Shown here: positions 19,596-29,034 of the stretch, piece after piece
Position numbering within the stretch: the first letter of the stretch is position 1
How the letters are laid out: every line of letters begins with the position of its first letter
Virus record (IMG/VR): IMGVR_UViG_3300031539_000043
Span: 1 to 53,354 of that record
From: a virus
Lineage: Duplodnaviria; Caudoviricetes
Length of the DNA: 53,354 bases
Strand: one strand, 5' to 3'
Notes under the pieces: generated by a model
The model's database searches: none
The model's input: the letters and a program-made list of their open reading frames with translations, nothing else
What the model was told of the DNA's origin: nothing
Position numbers and translations under genes: made by a program

Positions 19596-20477
19596 CTAAT
19601 CCATTAATTTAAATGCCTTTCTTATTATTGAAGTAGTTGGTGCCATTTCTGATAACACACATATTACTTCAGATGGGGAATATAATTCTTGAAATACCGT
19701 AGTATATTTATTTTTTTTTCCAAAAGTTTGTTCATATGATTTATGTAAAGGTCCGAAAATATGAACATATTTTCTATACACTTTTGCAAACACTGGAAAA
19801 CTAGCTATTGATATTTTTATAGAAACAATATAATCTGTTAAAACTTTTCTAAACTCTTCCTCATTAAGAGAAGTTATATCTTTCATCTCTTTTTCTAGTA
19901 GTCTAAAATAATCAGATAACTCTTTATTAATAACCTTTGGATTATCATCTTCAAATCTAATAATAAAGTTTATTATTTTTTCAGTGTCTACTGGAGATTT
20001 TAATTTAAATATTCCTGTGAAGGTATTTTCATAAAATTTCTTTAATACAGGTTTAAATAATGATAAAAATTCTCGTCTAAATCTTCCGGCACATAAATGC
20101 ATACATTCGTGCATAGTGGTAGATACAATTAGATCATTTGAAGCAGAACCAAATGTATTAATATTATTATCAATTAAAACATATACTCTTTTGTTATGTA
20201 AATAATAGAATCCCATAATTGTTTTATTATTTCCGCCAGTCATCTTATGTTTAAATAATCGAAACAAATTTTTACTTAGATAACATGGTGTTATTAAATT
20301 ATTACCTACCATTTTTTCAATACTAGAATAAATTGGTTCGCCTCTACCTGACTTTGAAAATGAGAATAGAAATGATTTTTTTAATTTTTCGGATGAATAT
20401 AGTTTCATCCCTTCAATATTAGCAACCTCTTTTAATCCAATTGGGAGCGAAAATAACTCTTGAATATTTTTTTTCAT
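19596..20477 (-). CDS. Putative zincin-like metallopeptidase
   Basis: HECMH (HExxH) preceded by GFY...VYVL strands; downstream Glu candidates (QELY.PSE). Confidence 0.5.
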   Translation of the reverse strand: MKKNIQELFSLPIGLKEVANIEGMKLYSSEKLKKSFLFSFSKSGRGEPIYSSIEKMVGNNLITPCYLSKNLFRLFKHKMTGGNNKTIMGFYYLHNKRVYVLIDNNINTFGSASNDLIVSTTMHECMHLCAGRFRREFLSLFKPVLKKFYENTFTGIFKLKSPVDTEKIINFIIRFEDDNPKVINKELSDYFRLLEKEMKDITSLNEEEFRKVLTDYIVSIKISIASFPVFAKVYRKYVHIFGPLHKSYEQTFGKKNKYTTVFQELYSPSEVICVLSEMAPTTSIIRKAFKLMD

Positions 20478-20481
20478 ATTT

Positions 20482-22152
20482 TTAATCCCTACTATACATA
20501 CTCATTATATCAATAAATCCACCTTGTAGTTCCTCAATATTTTCTTTAACATTTTTCATAATATTTTCATTAGTTAAATCTCGTACATTTGTTAATGACC
20601 CGCCCTCAATATTTCCATTTATTATATCTTTAATTTCTTCAGATATACCCACAAATGTGGATCTATCAATTAGGACAGGAGGATCGTATTTTCTAACATA
20701 AAAACAACATGCTGCAGATAATGCTATATCATCTTGACACCCAGTATCAGCTTCAATTTTGCCATTCTTTTTTGAGACAAGTCCTGTTAATTCTAAAGCT
20801 AACCTTTCTGATTTAACATTTTCAGGAAACTCTGTCATATAAGAATATAAAGCATCAATCATTAATGGTCTTGTTTTTAAGTTATTTGATAATCCAGGAA
20901 CTGTAACGTTTTCTCCTCTCTTTTCTCTATATAGCATTGAGGAGAATTCGCTTCTTCCTAGATGTTCTACAACTTGATTTCCATATGAATTTGATTCTAC
21001 AACAATTATACCAGGATATTCTCTGGCTGCAACTTGAACAACTTTAATAAAATCAAGAACTTTACATTTTCCTTGGTATTCCCAAACCTGTTCAAGAGTT
21101 TCGTAATCCCAAACCGTGATTGCAGATTTATCCATACCGTGTTCAGGAGCTGTATCGACCCCAATTATATAATATCTATAAGGAATAGGTATTTGAAATC
21201 TCCAGATTTCACCATTAAATATTTTTAATTTTTCAATAGGTTTTATAGATGCTGCTTGCATCCTTTCAACTGTTTCCGCTTCAAAGAATGCTCCCTCTGC
21301 TGGTAAGAATTTTAACTCCAATTCCTGAGCAATTTTTCTTGGGTTATGATCAAAAAGTTCGCATTGAGTTTTGTACCAATGTGAATCTTCTGCTAATTGT
21401 GGAATCATTTTCCAGTGAATAATAAAAGGAGTAAATATATCACTACTCGTTGTGATTGCTTTTTTGTATTTTTCAAAATACCATTTACCAGTTCCAATTG
21501 TTTTATTTGGGGTTGAAAGAATGACAGTTCCATATGGAACTCCTGCTTTTTTTGCCTGCATTTGGTTAGTAGATAATGCCGGTACCATTGAAGTCCAAGC
21601 TTCATCGATATGATTAATAAATGCTGCCTCATCTATTACTAATAATGTTATAGCTTTACCACGAAGAGTTTTTTCTGGTGCAGTTGGGTTAACAGGTGAA
21701 GCATATATTTTTGAACCATTTGTTAAAATAAATGATTGTTCTGTACGTTTTGCAAATCCTCTCCCCTGAACCCCCTTAGGAGGTTTCATCCAATCGGGAA
21801 GTTTTTCAACCATTCCTCTCATTGTTCTTGCAAAGTCTGTGGCTTCTTTAAAGTCTTTTGAAATAATTCCAATTACAGCATTGTTATAAAATACTGCTAA
21901 CCATGCAGAATACGCTTGTATAATAGTTGATATTCCTATTTGTCTACTTTTTAAAACAAGAACATATTTATTTTTTTCAATTGTATAGATCAATTCTGAT
22001 TGTTTTTTATATGGATTTATGAGTTGGTCTCTGCCAGGATATTCTATTTTTATATAATTTTTACAACAATAATCAAAGTTGCTTTTACACTTAAGATATT
22101 CACTTATATACTTATCAGCCATACTTTGCATTTGTTGTTGGTTTATTCCCAT
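20482..22152 (-). CDS. terL: Terminase large subunit
   Basis: LKSRQIGIST (Walker A), LVIDEAAF (Walker B), STPN, QELELKF, IGVD nuclease motif, VVESN, DDIA. Confidence 0.93.
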   Translation of the reverse strand: MGINQQQMQSMADKYISEYLKCKSNFDYCCKNYIKIEYPGRDQLINPYKKQSELIYTIEKNKYVLVLKSRQIGISTIIQAYSAWLAVFYNNAVIGIISKDFKEATDFARTMRGMVEKLPDWMKPPKGVQGRGFAKRTEQSFILTNGSKIYASPVNPTAPEKTLRGKAITLLVIDEAAFINHIDEAWTSMVPALSTNQMQAKKAGVPYGTVILSTPNKTIGTGKWYFEKYKKAITTSSDIFTPFIIHWKMIPQLAEDSHWYKTQCELFDHNPRKIAQELELKFLPAEGAFFEAETVERMQAASIKPIEKLKIFNGEIWRFQIPIPYRYYIIGVDTAPEHGMDKSAITVWDYETLEQVWEYQGKCKVLDFIKVVQVAAREYPGIIVVESNSYGNQVVEHLGRSEFSSMLYREKRGENVTVPGLSNNLKTRPLMIDALYSYMTEFPENVKSERLALELTGLVSKKNGKIEADTGCQDDIALSAACCFYVRKYDPPVLIDRSTFVGISEEIKDIINGNIEGGSLTNVRDLTNENIMKNVKENIEELQGGFIDIMSMYSRD

Positions 22153-22165
22153 TTTGATATCCTCA

Positions 22166-22181
22166 TTAGTTTTTTGTTCTA
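22166..22181 (-). promoter_or_regulatory. Putative late promoter TAGAACAAAAAACTAA (variant copy)
   Basis: 13/16 match to the motif at 5975 and 23453; directly upstream of the GAGG RBS of terL. Confidence 0.55.
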
Positions 22182-22190
22182 AAAAATTAA

Positions 22191-23438
22191 CTATATTAAT
22201 GATTTATTAGTTCTAATTAAATTTATATCTACATAAACTTCCCAATCTCTGAGACGTTCAAATGATAACTCGCTTGATTTTAAAATATATTTTCCAGTTA
22301 ATTGAGTATAATCTGATACCTTTGAATTAAATTTAACAGATTCTCCAACATACATTAAATTTAATAATGAAATATTTTTACTATTTAGACTAATACGTAC
22401 TAATGACATTTCAGCTATTTCTTTGGATAAGTTTGCATTAATAAATGATTCTGTTTTTTCATATCCTGTATGATTATTATATATTCTTTGTCTGTTGCTT
22501 CCCAGAGCCTCAGTATCAAAAAATATCTTTTTATTCTTTGATATTATTCCATATTTAGAAGAAAAATTATTCATGTTAATATCAATTGTATGAGATAGAG
22601 TGTCTTTGGGTTTAACTATATATTTTAATATTGGTGCAGTTACAGCTATTATAGAATTTCCCATATATGTTGTTTCTACATTTTGATATGTATAGAATGT
22701 TTTACCATCAATTGGTGATGATACAATAGTTGGTTTTTTGGAATCTGTTGTTAATTGGTGTATTGTGAAAGTATGAGATGTTATTGGTTTCTTAGTTAGA
22801 TTTTTTAAGTATATTGTATTATCCCATAAACAAAAAAATCCAAGCAAACCATTATACACTCCAAAGTAATGATCTAAATAACGAACAGCTTGATGAAAGG
22901 TAGTTGGTGGGATTAATATTTGATCAATTTTTTCAGTATTCATTCCTTGATTATCATATTTTAAATTAGCACCTGTAGTAATTCTTTTATCAACTAAGTT
23001 ATTTATAATAGATTGTATATCTGAATCATAATATAAACTATTTACAATAGTAGTCATTGTCCGAAAAGGTTTTCTACAAATAGTGATTACTTCAACTTTA
23101 TTTCTATCTTTCATAGTTTTTTGAGGATTTGAAGATTTCATTAATAAATCATAATTTGAATCTACATACATAAGATCCATTTCTATTTGCTCAACGGTGA
23201 TTCCGGTTGAACCTAAAAGACGAATGTTTAATTTAATTGGATCTTGACCATATATTTTATCAAGAATCATATCATTAGTATCAATAAAAAACTCGAAAAT
23301 TATAGTTTGCCAAGGAGCTGTGATTGACGTTGCAATACTTACTCTTTGTAAATCTGGTGTATAGTCTTTATCCTTTATAAAAAGCTGAAAATCATAAGTT
23401 CGACTTGGAGACCAATACCTTGTTTTACCTGATGCCAT
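22191..23438 (-). CDS. Putative baseplate hub / tail protein (gp27-like)
   Basis: 415-aa beta-rich protein, C-terminal VGESVKF...GKYIL pattern seen in hub proteins; preceded by the putative late promoter. Confidence 0.5.
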   Translation of the reverse strand: MASGKTRYWSPSRTYDFQLFIKDKDYTPDLQRVSIATSITAPWQTIIFEFFIDTNDMILDKIYGQDPIKLNIRLLGSTGITVEQIEMDLMYVDSNYDLLMKSSNPQKTMKDRNKVEVITICRKPFRTMTTIVNSLYYDSDIQSIINNLVDKRITTGANLKYDNQGMNTEKIDQILIPPTTFHQAVRYLDHYFGVYNGLLGFFCLWDNTIYLKNLTKKPITSHTFTIHQLTTDSKKPTIVSSPIDGKTFYTYQNVETTYMGNSIIAVTAPILKYIVKPKDTLSHTIDINMNNFSSKYGIISKNKKIFFDTEALGSNRQRIYNNHTGYEKTESFINANLSKEIAEMSLVRISLNSKNISLLNLMYVGESVKFNSKVSDYTQLTGKYILKSSELSFERLRDWEVYVDINLIRTNKSLI

Positions 23439-23452
23439 ACATACAATCCTCC

Positions 23453-23468
23453 TTTATATTTTGTTCTA
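23453..23468 (-). promoter_or_regulatory. Putative late promoter TAGAACAAAATATAAA (copy 2)
   Basis: Exact reverse-complement match to 5975..5990; sits between a terminator and the GGAGG RBS of the 23438 gene. Confidence 0.65.
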
Positions 23469-23473
23469 AAAAA

Positions 23474-23510
23474 AGAAAAAAAAAGAAACGGGGGAAAAAA
23501 GTTCCCCCAT
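23474..23510 (-). terminator. Rho-independent terminator ending the long minus-strand block
   Basis: Minus strand ATGGGGGAA-loop-TTCCCCCGT followed by a long T tract, just after the stop at 23515. Confidence 0.85.
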
Positions 23511-23514
23511 CGCT

Positions 23515-24438
23515 TTAATCATTAATCTTTTCCAATACATCCATCATTCTAACTGGAATCACCAAGACACTTTCGGCGGCATTTTCAAGAAGACTTTTGG
23601 CATTAAGATTGGGTTCAAAACTACTATATCTTGTTACAGCAAGAAACACTTGCCAAGCGGTTGGAAGCGGTGGAGTTTGTCCATCTGGTACTTCTGGAGC
23701 TAGTTCAGTTAAAAGTTTAGAAACTTCCTCTCTTCTTTTTTTACCAATCTCGCCCACTACGTCAAGAGTCATAAATAATTGTTCTTCAGTTAATGTATGA
23801 TTAAAACTAGCATTAATCATATCAAGAATACTCTCTGTGAATACTTCCATATATTCACCAACGTCAGATGATAGAGTCGTTGAGGCGCCATCTATATGAA
23901 TTTGTTTCATTTCTCCAAGTTTAAAACCAAATGAAAGAACTTCGTTGTTATAATTCATACTTAAACCAAATTGTATGGATTGTGATTTAGATCCATTATA
24001 GCTATTGTTTACAATCATAACTGGAAGAATATCCCCATGCTGTAAACTGTTTGCTCCATTTTGAATAACAATTTCATTTCTCATTCTGGTTAAATCATAA
24101 GATATAATTGTATTTTCTCGAATGATTGGAAGTCCAATTCCCAGAATAGATTGTCGTACTTGTTCATTAAGAACTTCATTCCCAACAAACTTATAAATTT
24201 TTGATACAATACCACAATAATGCCAGTGAGCATCATCCCCATTTCTTTTTGTAAATAGAGATAAATAAGGTATTTTAAATCCATCTGTTTCGCCTGGTGG
24301 ATCTTCTATTGATGGAATAAATTTAGTTTGATTTGTTCTATATATTACTCTACCATGAGTATCCACATAACTATATATACCCTTTTCTTCATTACATACG
24401 AGCCCCATTTCTGCAGCTCGATCTTCAAATTTTATCAT
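23515..24438 (-). CDS. DUF932-like protein
   Basis: IVSKIYKFVGN, NNSYNGS, KQIH, TAWQVFLAVTRY match the DUF932 pattern. Confidence 0.65.
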   Translation of the reverse strand: MIKFEDRAAEMGLVCNEEKGIYSYVDTHGRVIYRTNQTKFIPSIEDPPGETDGFKIPYLSLFTKRNGDDAHWHYCGIVSKIYKFVGNEVLNEQVRQSILGIGLPIIRENTIISYDLTRMRNEIVIQNGANSLQHGDILPVMIVNNSYNGSKSQSIQFGLSMNYNNEVLSFGFKLGEMKQIHIDGASTTLSSDVGEYMEVFTESILDMINASFNHTLTEEQLFMTLDVVGEIGKKRREEVSKLLTELAPEVPDGQTPPLPTAWQVFLAVTRYSSFEPNLNAKSLLENAAESVLVIPVRMMDVLEKIND

Positions 24439-24742
24439 TTTCTTCTCCTTTTAAAACTTTATGAAAATCTAATAATTTATATATATCTTTCTTTAAAGAT
24501 TCTTGGAACATAATACATGTATCATTAAATACAGCTCTTGCTAATAAATTTATTAAAGTTTCAACTCCTTCCCCACTAGTTATCATTCCAGTTTTACCAT
24601 ATCTATTTTTTCCTATTTCTACTACACCATCTGAAGATACAAATAAAACTACACTAGCTCTTTCCATTCTTTGTAATGCTGAAGGTTCGCGGGGTCTTTT
24701 TGAATATGGTTTTGTTGTGGAAAAAGAATTTAATCCATTCAT
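24425..24742 (-). CDS. Hypothetical protein with DnaB C-terminal-like motif
   Basis: ERASVVLFV...EIGKNRYGKTG; no Walker motifs. Confidence 0.5.
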   Translation of the reverse strand: MNGLNSFSTTKPYSKRPREPSALQRMERASVVLFVSSDGVVEIGKNRYGKTGMITSGEGVETLINLLARAVFNDTCIMFQESLKKDIYKLLDFHKVLKGEENDKI

Positions 24743-25320
24743 AATCTCTCTATAATCGCCCGGATATAAATATCTCTTCCATCGAAATCAAAATTATTAT
24801 TTATATCTATTAATTTAAATCGCCCTTCTAATTCCCAGAAATATTTCATTCTATCAGGAGTCCAAATTGTTGCGTGTGGATCAGGGGGTTGATTAAGTAA
24901 TTCTGTGGTTAAAAGAATATTATGTTCTTCAAAGTCTTTATCACCTGGAAAATCTTTTGATATAATCATTTTTGCTAAAGTTTCATAGTTTGGAACTATA
25001 ACATCAATTTTAGAATTTTTAGTAGTTATTGTTGATATAAGATATATAAAATAAGTTAATTTATCCAATGAAACATGCTCAAGAAATCTATAAATACATA
25101 CATTATTAAAAAATATTTTAGTTCTTTCCATAAATTCATAAATATCTGATTTACAATAATGAAGTTTGTTTATTGATTTATCCCATTCTAACCATTCTTT
25201 TTCAATAATATCTGGTAAAGTACTATGATAATACATTATATCAGTGTTAATTAAAAAATATATTTTAGGTAAATTCAAAGGAAGTTGTTTTCCAGCAGCA
25301 ATATTTAAGATTGTATTCAT
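24739..25320 (-). CDS. Putative class I SAM-dependent methyltransferase-like protein
   Basis: Start MNTILNIAAG with AAGGAG RBS; RFLEH, VIVPN, HATIW resemble Methyltransf_11-type proteins. Confidence 0.6.
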   Translation of the reverse strand: MNTILNIAAGKQLPLNLPKIYFLINTDIMYYHSTLPDIIEKEWLEWDKSINKLHYCKSDIYEFMERTKIFFNNVCIYRFLEHVSLDKLTYFIYLISTITTKNSKIDVIVPNYETLAKMIISKDFPGDKDFEEHNILLTTELLNQPPDPHATIWTPDRMKYFWELEGRFKLIDINNNFDFDGRDIYIRAIIERL

Positions 25321-25322
25321 AC

Positions 25323-26023
25323 TTATTTCTCCTTTATGGTCTGACATTTCCATCCGTACCAAGTTTTATTAGTGCCGAATGATCTATGGTTGATTTTATT
25401 TTTAGAGCAAAATTTAGCAAGGTCATTAGTAATAAAAATTTTTCCTTCTGGATTGATGATTTTCCATGTTTTGATGATGGATTATTTTTACCAATTAATT
25501 TTCCTTTAACTGCTTTTTTTATTTTTAGTCTGGTATCTTCTGATCTTTTCTTTCCAAAATTTGGATTTTTAATCCCTCGTTTTCCAAACATATGATTTTT
25601 TTCCCCAAGTTGTTTATTCCCAATCTTACGTTTAGTTTTTTCGGATAAAGTCACTCCAGTTCGAGTACCTGGTTTACCATACATTGCGTTATTCTCACCA
25701 GCATTAACTTCAGATATTGCCATGTCGCTCATATTATCTTTGTGTGTTCCAAGATATAAATGTTTTGGATTTATACATTTTGGGTTATCTTTTTTATGAT
25801 CTATATTACATTTATGTAAAACCATTAATCCCTTTGGGATATTTCCAATAAATAAGTAATAACTAGCTCTATGGGCACTATAAAATTTTATTCCATTTAT
25901 TATTCTTCTAAACTCTCCATATGTTTGAGATGGAGTATCTTGATAAACCCAACATCCATTTTCATCAATCTTAATTTTACTTAATAATTCTTTTTTAAAT
26001 TTTTGATTTATTTTAGTTTCCAT
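25323..26023 (-). pseudogene. HNH homing endonuclease with NUMOD3 repeats, frameshifted near 25470
   Basis: GCW, AHRASY, VLHKC...NPKCINPKHLYLGTHKDN, NUMOD3-like repeats; C-terminal domain continues in a shifted frame (TWKIINPEG...LAKFC...GWKC) to the stop at 25323. Confidence 0.75.
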
Positions 26024-26024
26024 T

Positions 26025-26759
26025 TCAACTCCTTACAAATTCCGCCACGATACTTTTAGTAAAGGGCTCAATATAAAATTTAAAATATCGTTCTCGGTCA
26101 ATATCATCTATATCCATTATCCTTAAAGCGGATTTTGAAATTTCAATTTCTCCATACTCTTTTAAAAATATATTTACTTTTTTATCATTGATAGGAATAC
26201 CAAATAAATTGGGATTATATTCTTTCATAAATTTATCTTTTATCCTTTGAAGAGATTTAAAAATTGAAGTTTTATTTGCATAGTTAATTTTACAAATTTG
26301 TTCATAAATTCTATCTATTGGTTCATACCGAAAAGGAACACCTTTAATGATTATATCAAAGTTACTTGCTCGAGCAATATACATTTTTTTATCAAATGAG
26401 CATATGAAAATTTCAAAATGATGACGATAATCTAAGGGCATATTATTCAAGTCGGTTGTGGATAAAACTTTTGTTGTAATTATACCATCATACTGCCTTA
26501 ATATAATTTCGTCTTCTTTTATTTCATTAACTATAATATATTCATCAATTAATGAGTTTGTAGTATTTCTTAAAAGAGATGTTATCCTGGGATTATCCCG
26601 CATCATCTTCCCTATTTGAATATTTCTTTTTTCTTTATTATCTTTTTCTAAATGAGATGTGTTTATGTTATGTTTTCTTAAGATATTATAATGACATGCT
26701 GATATATCATAAGAGTAAACGTCTCTTAGAACTAATCTATAAATGGTGTTTATTTTCAT
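26025..26759 (-). CDS. Divergent family-B-like DNA polymerase palm-domain protein (stand-alone)
   Basis: YSYDISACHYNIL (motif A-like), KRNIQIG, LRQYDGII (motif C-like), IIIKG. Confidence 0.5.
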   Translation of the reverse strand: MKINTIYRLVLRDVYSYDISACHYNILRKHNINTSHLEKDNKEKRNIQIGKMMRDNPRITSLLRNTTNSLIDEYIIVNEIKEDEIILRQYDGIITTKVLSTTDLNNMPLDYRHHFEIFICSFDKKMYIARASNFDIIIKGVPFRYEPIDRIYEQICKINYANKTSIFKSLQRIKDKFMKEYNPNLFGIPINDKKVNIFLKEYGEIEISKSALRIMDIDDIDRERYFKFYIEPFTKSIVAEFVRS

Positions 26760-26770
26760 GTTAAGTTATA

Positions 26771-26851
26771 GGGTAGATATAGAAGAGAAGAGAATTATAT
26801 CTGCGCAGTGCGACTTACGTGTTTTTGACTTTCATTCTCCTATATCTACCC
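26771..26851 (-). promoter_or_regulatory. Long intergenic stem-loop
   Basis: Perfect 12-bp inverted repeat GGGTAGATATAG / CTATATCTACCC, extendable inward (GAGAA/TTCTC); no T tail. Confidence 0.65.
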
Positions 26852-26859
26852 ATTCTCCC

Positions 26860-27660
26860 TTATGAAAGAATTGTTGTAATTACGCTATCAATTTGTAAGT
26901 GGTGATTAATATCCGTAATTGATTCTTGTCTGCTAATTAACCAATCAATTACACTTTGCTTACTTGTAAAATCATCAATAACTTTAGTAGTTTGTTTATA
27001 CAGAAGTTGTAGTGATTCTTTATCCAATTCTGCTGCTAAATTTACTACTACCTCGTTTGCATCTTTAAATTTAAGGACTAATAAATCATCATCTTTCCCT
27101 AATTTTACCTGATCATATGGTAATAACTGGTCATTTATTCTGTTACAAAATGCTACAATAAGACCGGTTTTTATTCCATATGCTTTAAGAAATACATTTT
27201 CTGAATATTGATAAACAATTCTAAAACCATTGTTATAAACATTCATAGAAATTGCTGGAAGATTTATAACTTTTTGTTCGTCAGCTTTCTTAAATAATTC
27301 AACTTTCTTTTTTAGAGTACCATCTTCCATCGCTTCATTAGACTCATGAGGAAGTACAACAATAATATCTGATCTTGGATCCAATCCCCTGATTTTGGTT
27401 TTCAATTGTTTTATATCAGGTTCAAATATACTTCCATACTGTTCAAACCAATCTGATAAATAAGAAGTTTCAACAGTAATTTCTCCTGTATCTGGTCCCT
27501 CAATTCCACCAGTAACATCTCCTGTAGCAGAATGAGTTATTTCTTCTGCCTCTCCAGTTGCATATTCTGTTTTTTTGGTAGGTAAATCAAGATCAGCTTC
27601 TGAAAATATTTCTGGTGTTGGTTCATCTGATTGAACCATTTCGGTTAAATTTTCGTTCAT
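26860..27660 (-). CDS. Hypothetical acidic protein
   Basis: 266 aa, AAGGAG RBS, acidic disordered N-terminus. Confidence 0.75.
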   Translation of the reverse strand: MNENLTEMVQSDEPTPEIFSEADLDLPTKKTEYATGEAEEITHSATGDVTGGIEGPDTGEITVETSYLSDWFEQYGSIFEPDIKQLKTKIRGLDPRSDIIVVLPHESNEAMEDGTLKKKVELFKKADEQKVINLPAISMNVYNNGFRIVYQYSENVFLKAYGIKTGLIVAFCNRINDQLLPYDQVKLGKDDDLLVLKFKDANEVVVNLAAELDKESLQLLYKQTTKVIDDFTSKQSVIDWLISRQESITDINHHLQIDSVITTILS

Positions 27661-27664
27661 TTTT

Positions 27665-28123
27665 TTAAAATTCTCCTTGTGTTTTATTTTTACTCCATTT
27701 TTTACTATCTAGTTCTGGATTTCTTCTCCATGAGTCAACATCAATTTCTGCATATGCCTCTAAAGCTGCTCCAGCTAATGCCATTAATTTAATAAGATTT
27801 TCATATGCTTCTATTGGACCGTTTCCTCCATTCTTCGATTCATCTGTATTTTTTAACCAGTCAGGAAACTTTTCTTTTGAAGACCATACTCCAGTGTATG
27901 CTTGTTCTACTCTATTCAAATAGATTTTTAAGAAAGTTATAAAACTGGCAAGATTGAGAGTTGGATCATTTTTATAATCTCCAAATACACATGTCTCATA
28001 ATCTCGTTCTTTAATGAATAATTTTATTATATCGGACTGTTCCAAATTATACAGACCTCCTTTCATGTATTTTATTTTGAACTGTTTCAATAAATAAACT
28101 TCTTGCTTCCTCTGTATTACCAT
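27665..28123 (-). CDS. MazG-like all-alpha NTP pyrophosphohydrolase-like protein (start uncertain)
   Basis: KERDYE..FG and ENLIKLMALAGAALE resemble phage MazG-like helices. Confidence 0.4.
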   Translation of the reverse strand: MVIQRKQEVYLLKQFKIKYMKGGLYNLEQSDIIKLFIKERDYETCVFGDYKNDPTLNLASFITFLKIYLNRVEQAYTGVWSSKEKFPDWLKNTDESKNGGNGPIEAYENLIKLMALAGAALEAYAEIDVDSWRRNPELDSKKWSKNKTQGEF

Positions 28124-28643
28124 ACTTTGAATATAAATCTTTTGCTAAATTTATAATTCCTAACTTTAAAAAGAGTTTTGTTACTCCTTTATTTATATGA
28201 AAGTATGGAAACTGACCACATAGGGTATAGGGGGTAGCTGGGCATCTTTGGTAATATCTTCTTAGATGACCAGGTTTTGATCCTGATATGAACATTACAT
28301 GACTTCCATAATCTGTAAAGATCTTATATTTCTCTCTGGTTATTTTATATCTACACATTAATATAGCATATTGATTCCTTGCATATTTGGGAATGTTTGG
28401 TATTTTACTCCAGTATTTCATTTTATCTTTTCGAGTTTTTAGGAACCATTCTTTCCAATCAGTAAATTTTGTTTCATTATATCCAGAACCAAATTTATAA
28501 ATATCTCCTCTTTTATGGGTAGTGTTTATATCAGAGACTGGTTCTCTTGTGCAATGAACTAAACCTTGCCTACCCATTTTTCTTCCACGATAATATTCAT
28601 ATTGATAATGTTTTGGTTCAAGTTCCCAAGGTCGAATAATCAT
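28047..28643 (-). CDS. Hypothetical basic protein
   Basis: 198-aa ORF with AAGGA RBS. Confidence 0.7.
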   Translation of the reverse strand: MIIRPWELEPKHYQYEYYRGRKMGRQGLVHCTREPVSDINTTHKRGDIYKFGSGYNETKFTDWKEWFLKTRKDKMKYWSKIPNIPKYARNQYAILMCRYKITREKYKIFTDYGSHVMFISGSKPGHLRRYYQRCPATPYTLCGQFPYFHINKGVTKLFLKLGIINLAKDLYSKYGNTEEARSLFIETVQNKIHERRSV

Positions 28644-28658
28644 ATAAATTTCCTTTTA

Positions 28659-29021
28659 TTAGAGATTTATTTCTGGGTCAAAATTGCCCATTAATTCATT
28701 ATCATCACCCCAACCTTGATTTGGATCATCCTTTGATCGTTCGGAAGGGAGTTCATCTTTATAACATTTGGAATGAATTGCTGCTATTCCATTATCTCTT
28801 TTTTTACGAAACATTAAATCACAGACATCCCCCCATTCCATTTCCCATTTAATAGATTCTTTATTTTTATCAAAAACTCTTCCGTAAGAATCATATTCTC
28901 CTTCCATTTGTTCAATAATATTACCATCTTTTAAAAGAAATAACTTAACGGGTTGTCCAGAAAAACTATTTGATAAAATCGGTTTGTCGCACTTTTGACA
29001 CATAAAACTAAAACATCCCAT
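28659..29021 (-). CDS. Hypothetical Cys/His zinc-binding protein
   Basis: Likely start MGCFSFMCQKC after AAGGAG; GEYDSYGRV, HSKC, DDPNQGWG. Confidence 0.65.
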   Translation of the reverse strand: MGCFSFMCQKCDKPILSNSFSGQPVKLFLLKDGNIIEQMEGEYDSYGRVFDKNKESIKWEMEWGDVCDLMFRKKRDNGIAAIHSKCYKDELPSERSKDDPNQGWGDDNELMGNFDPEINL

Positions 29022-29034
29022 TTGATGTCTCCTT

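Noticed and set aside
24331-24346. Partial TAGAACAAA match inside the DUF932-like gene
   Set aside because: Intragenic, only a 9-bp match and not followed by an RBS/start; not counted as a promoter.
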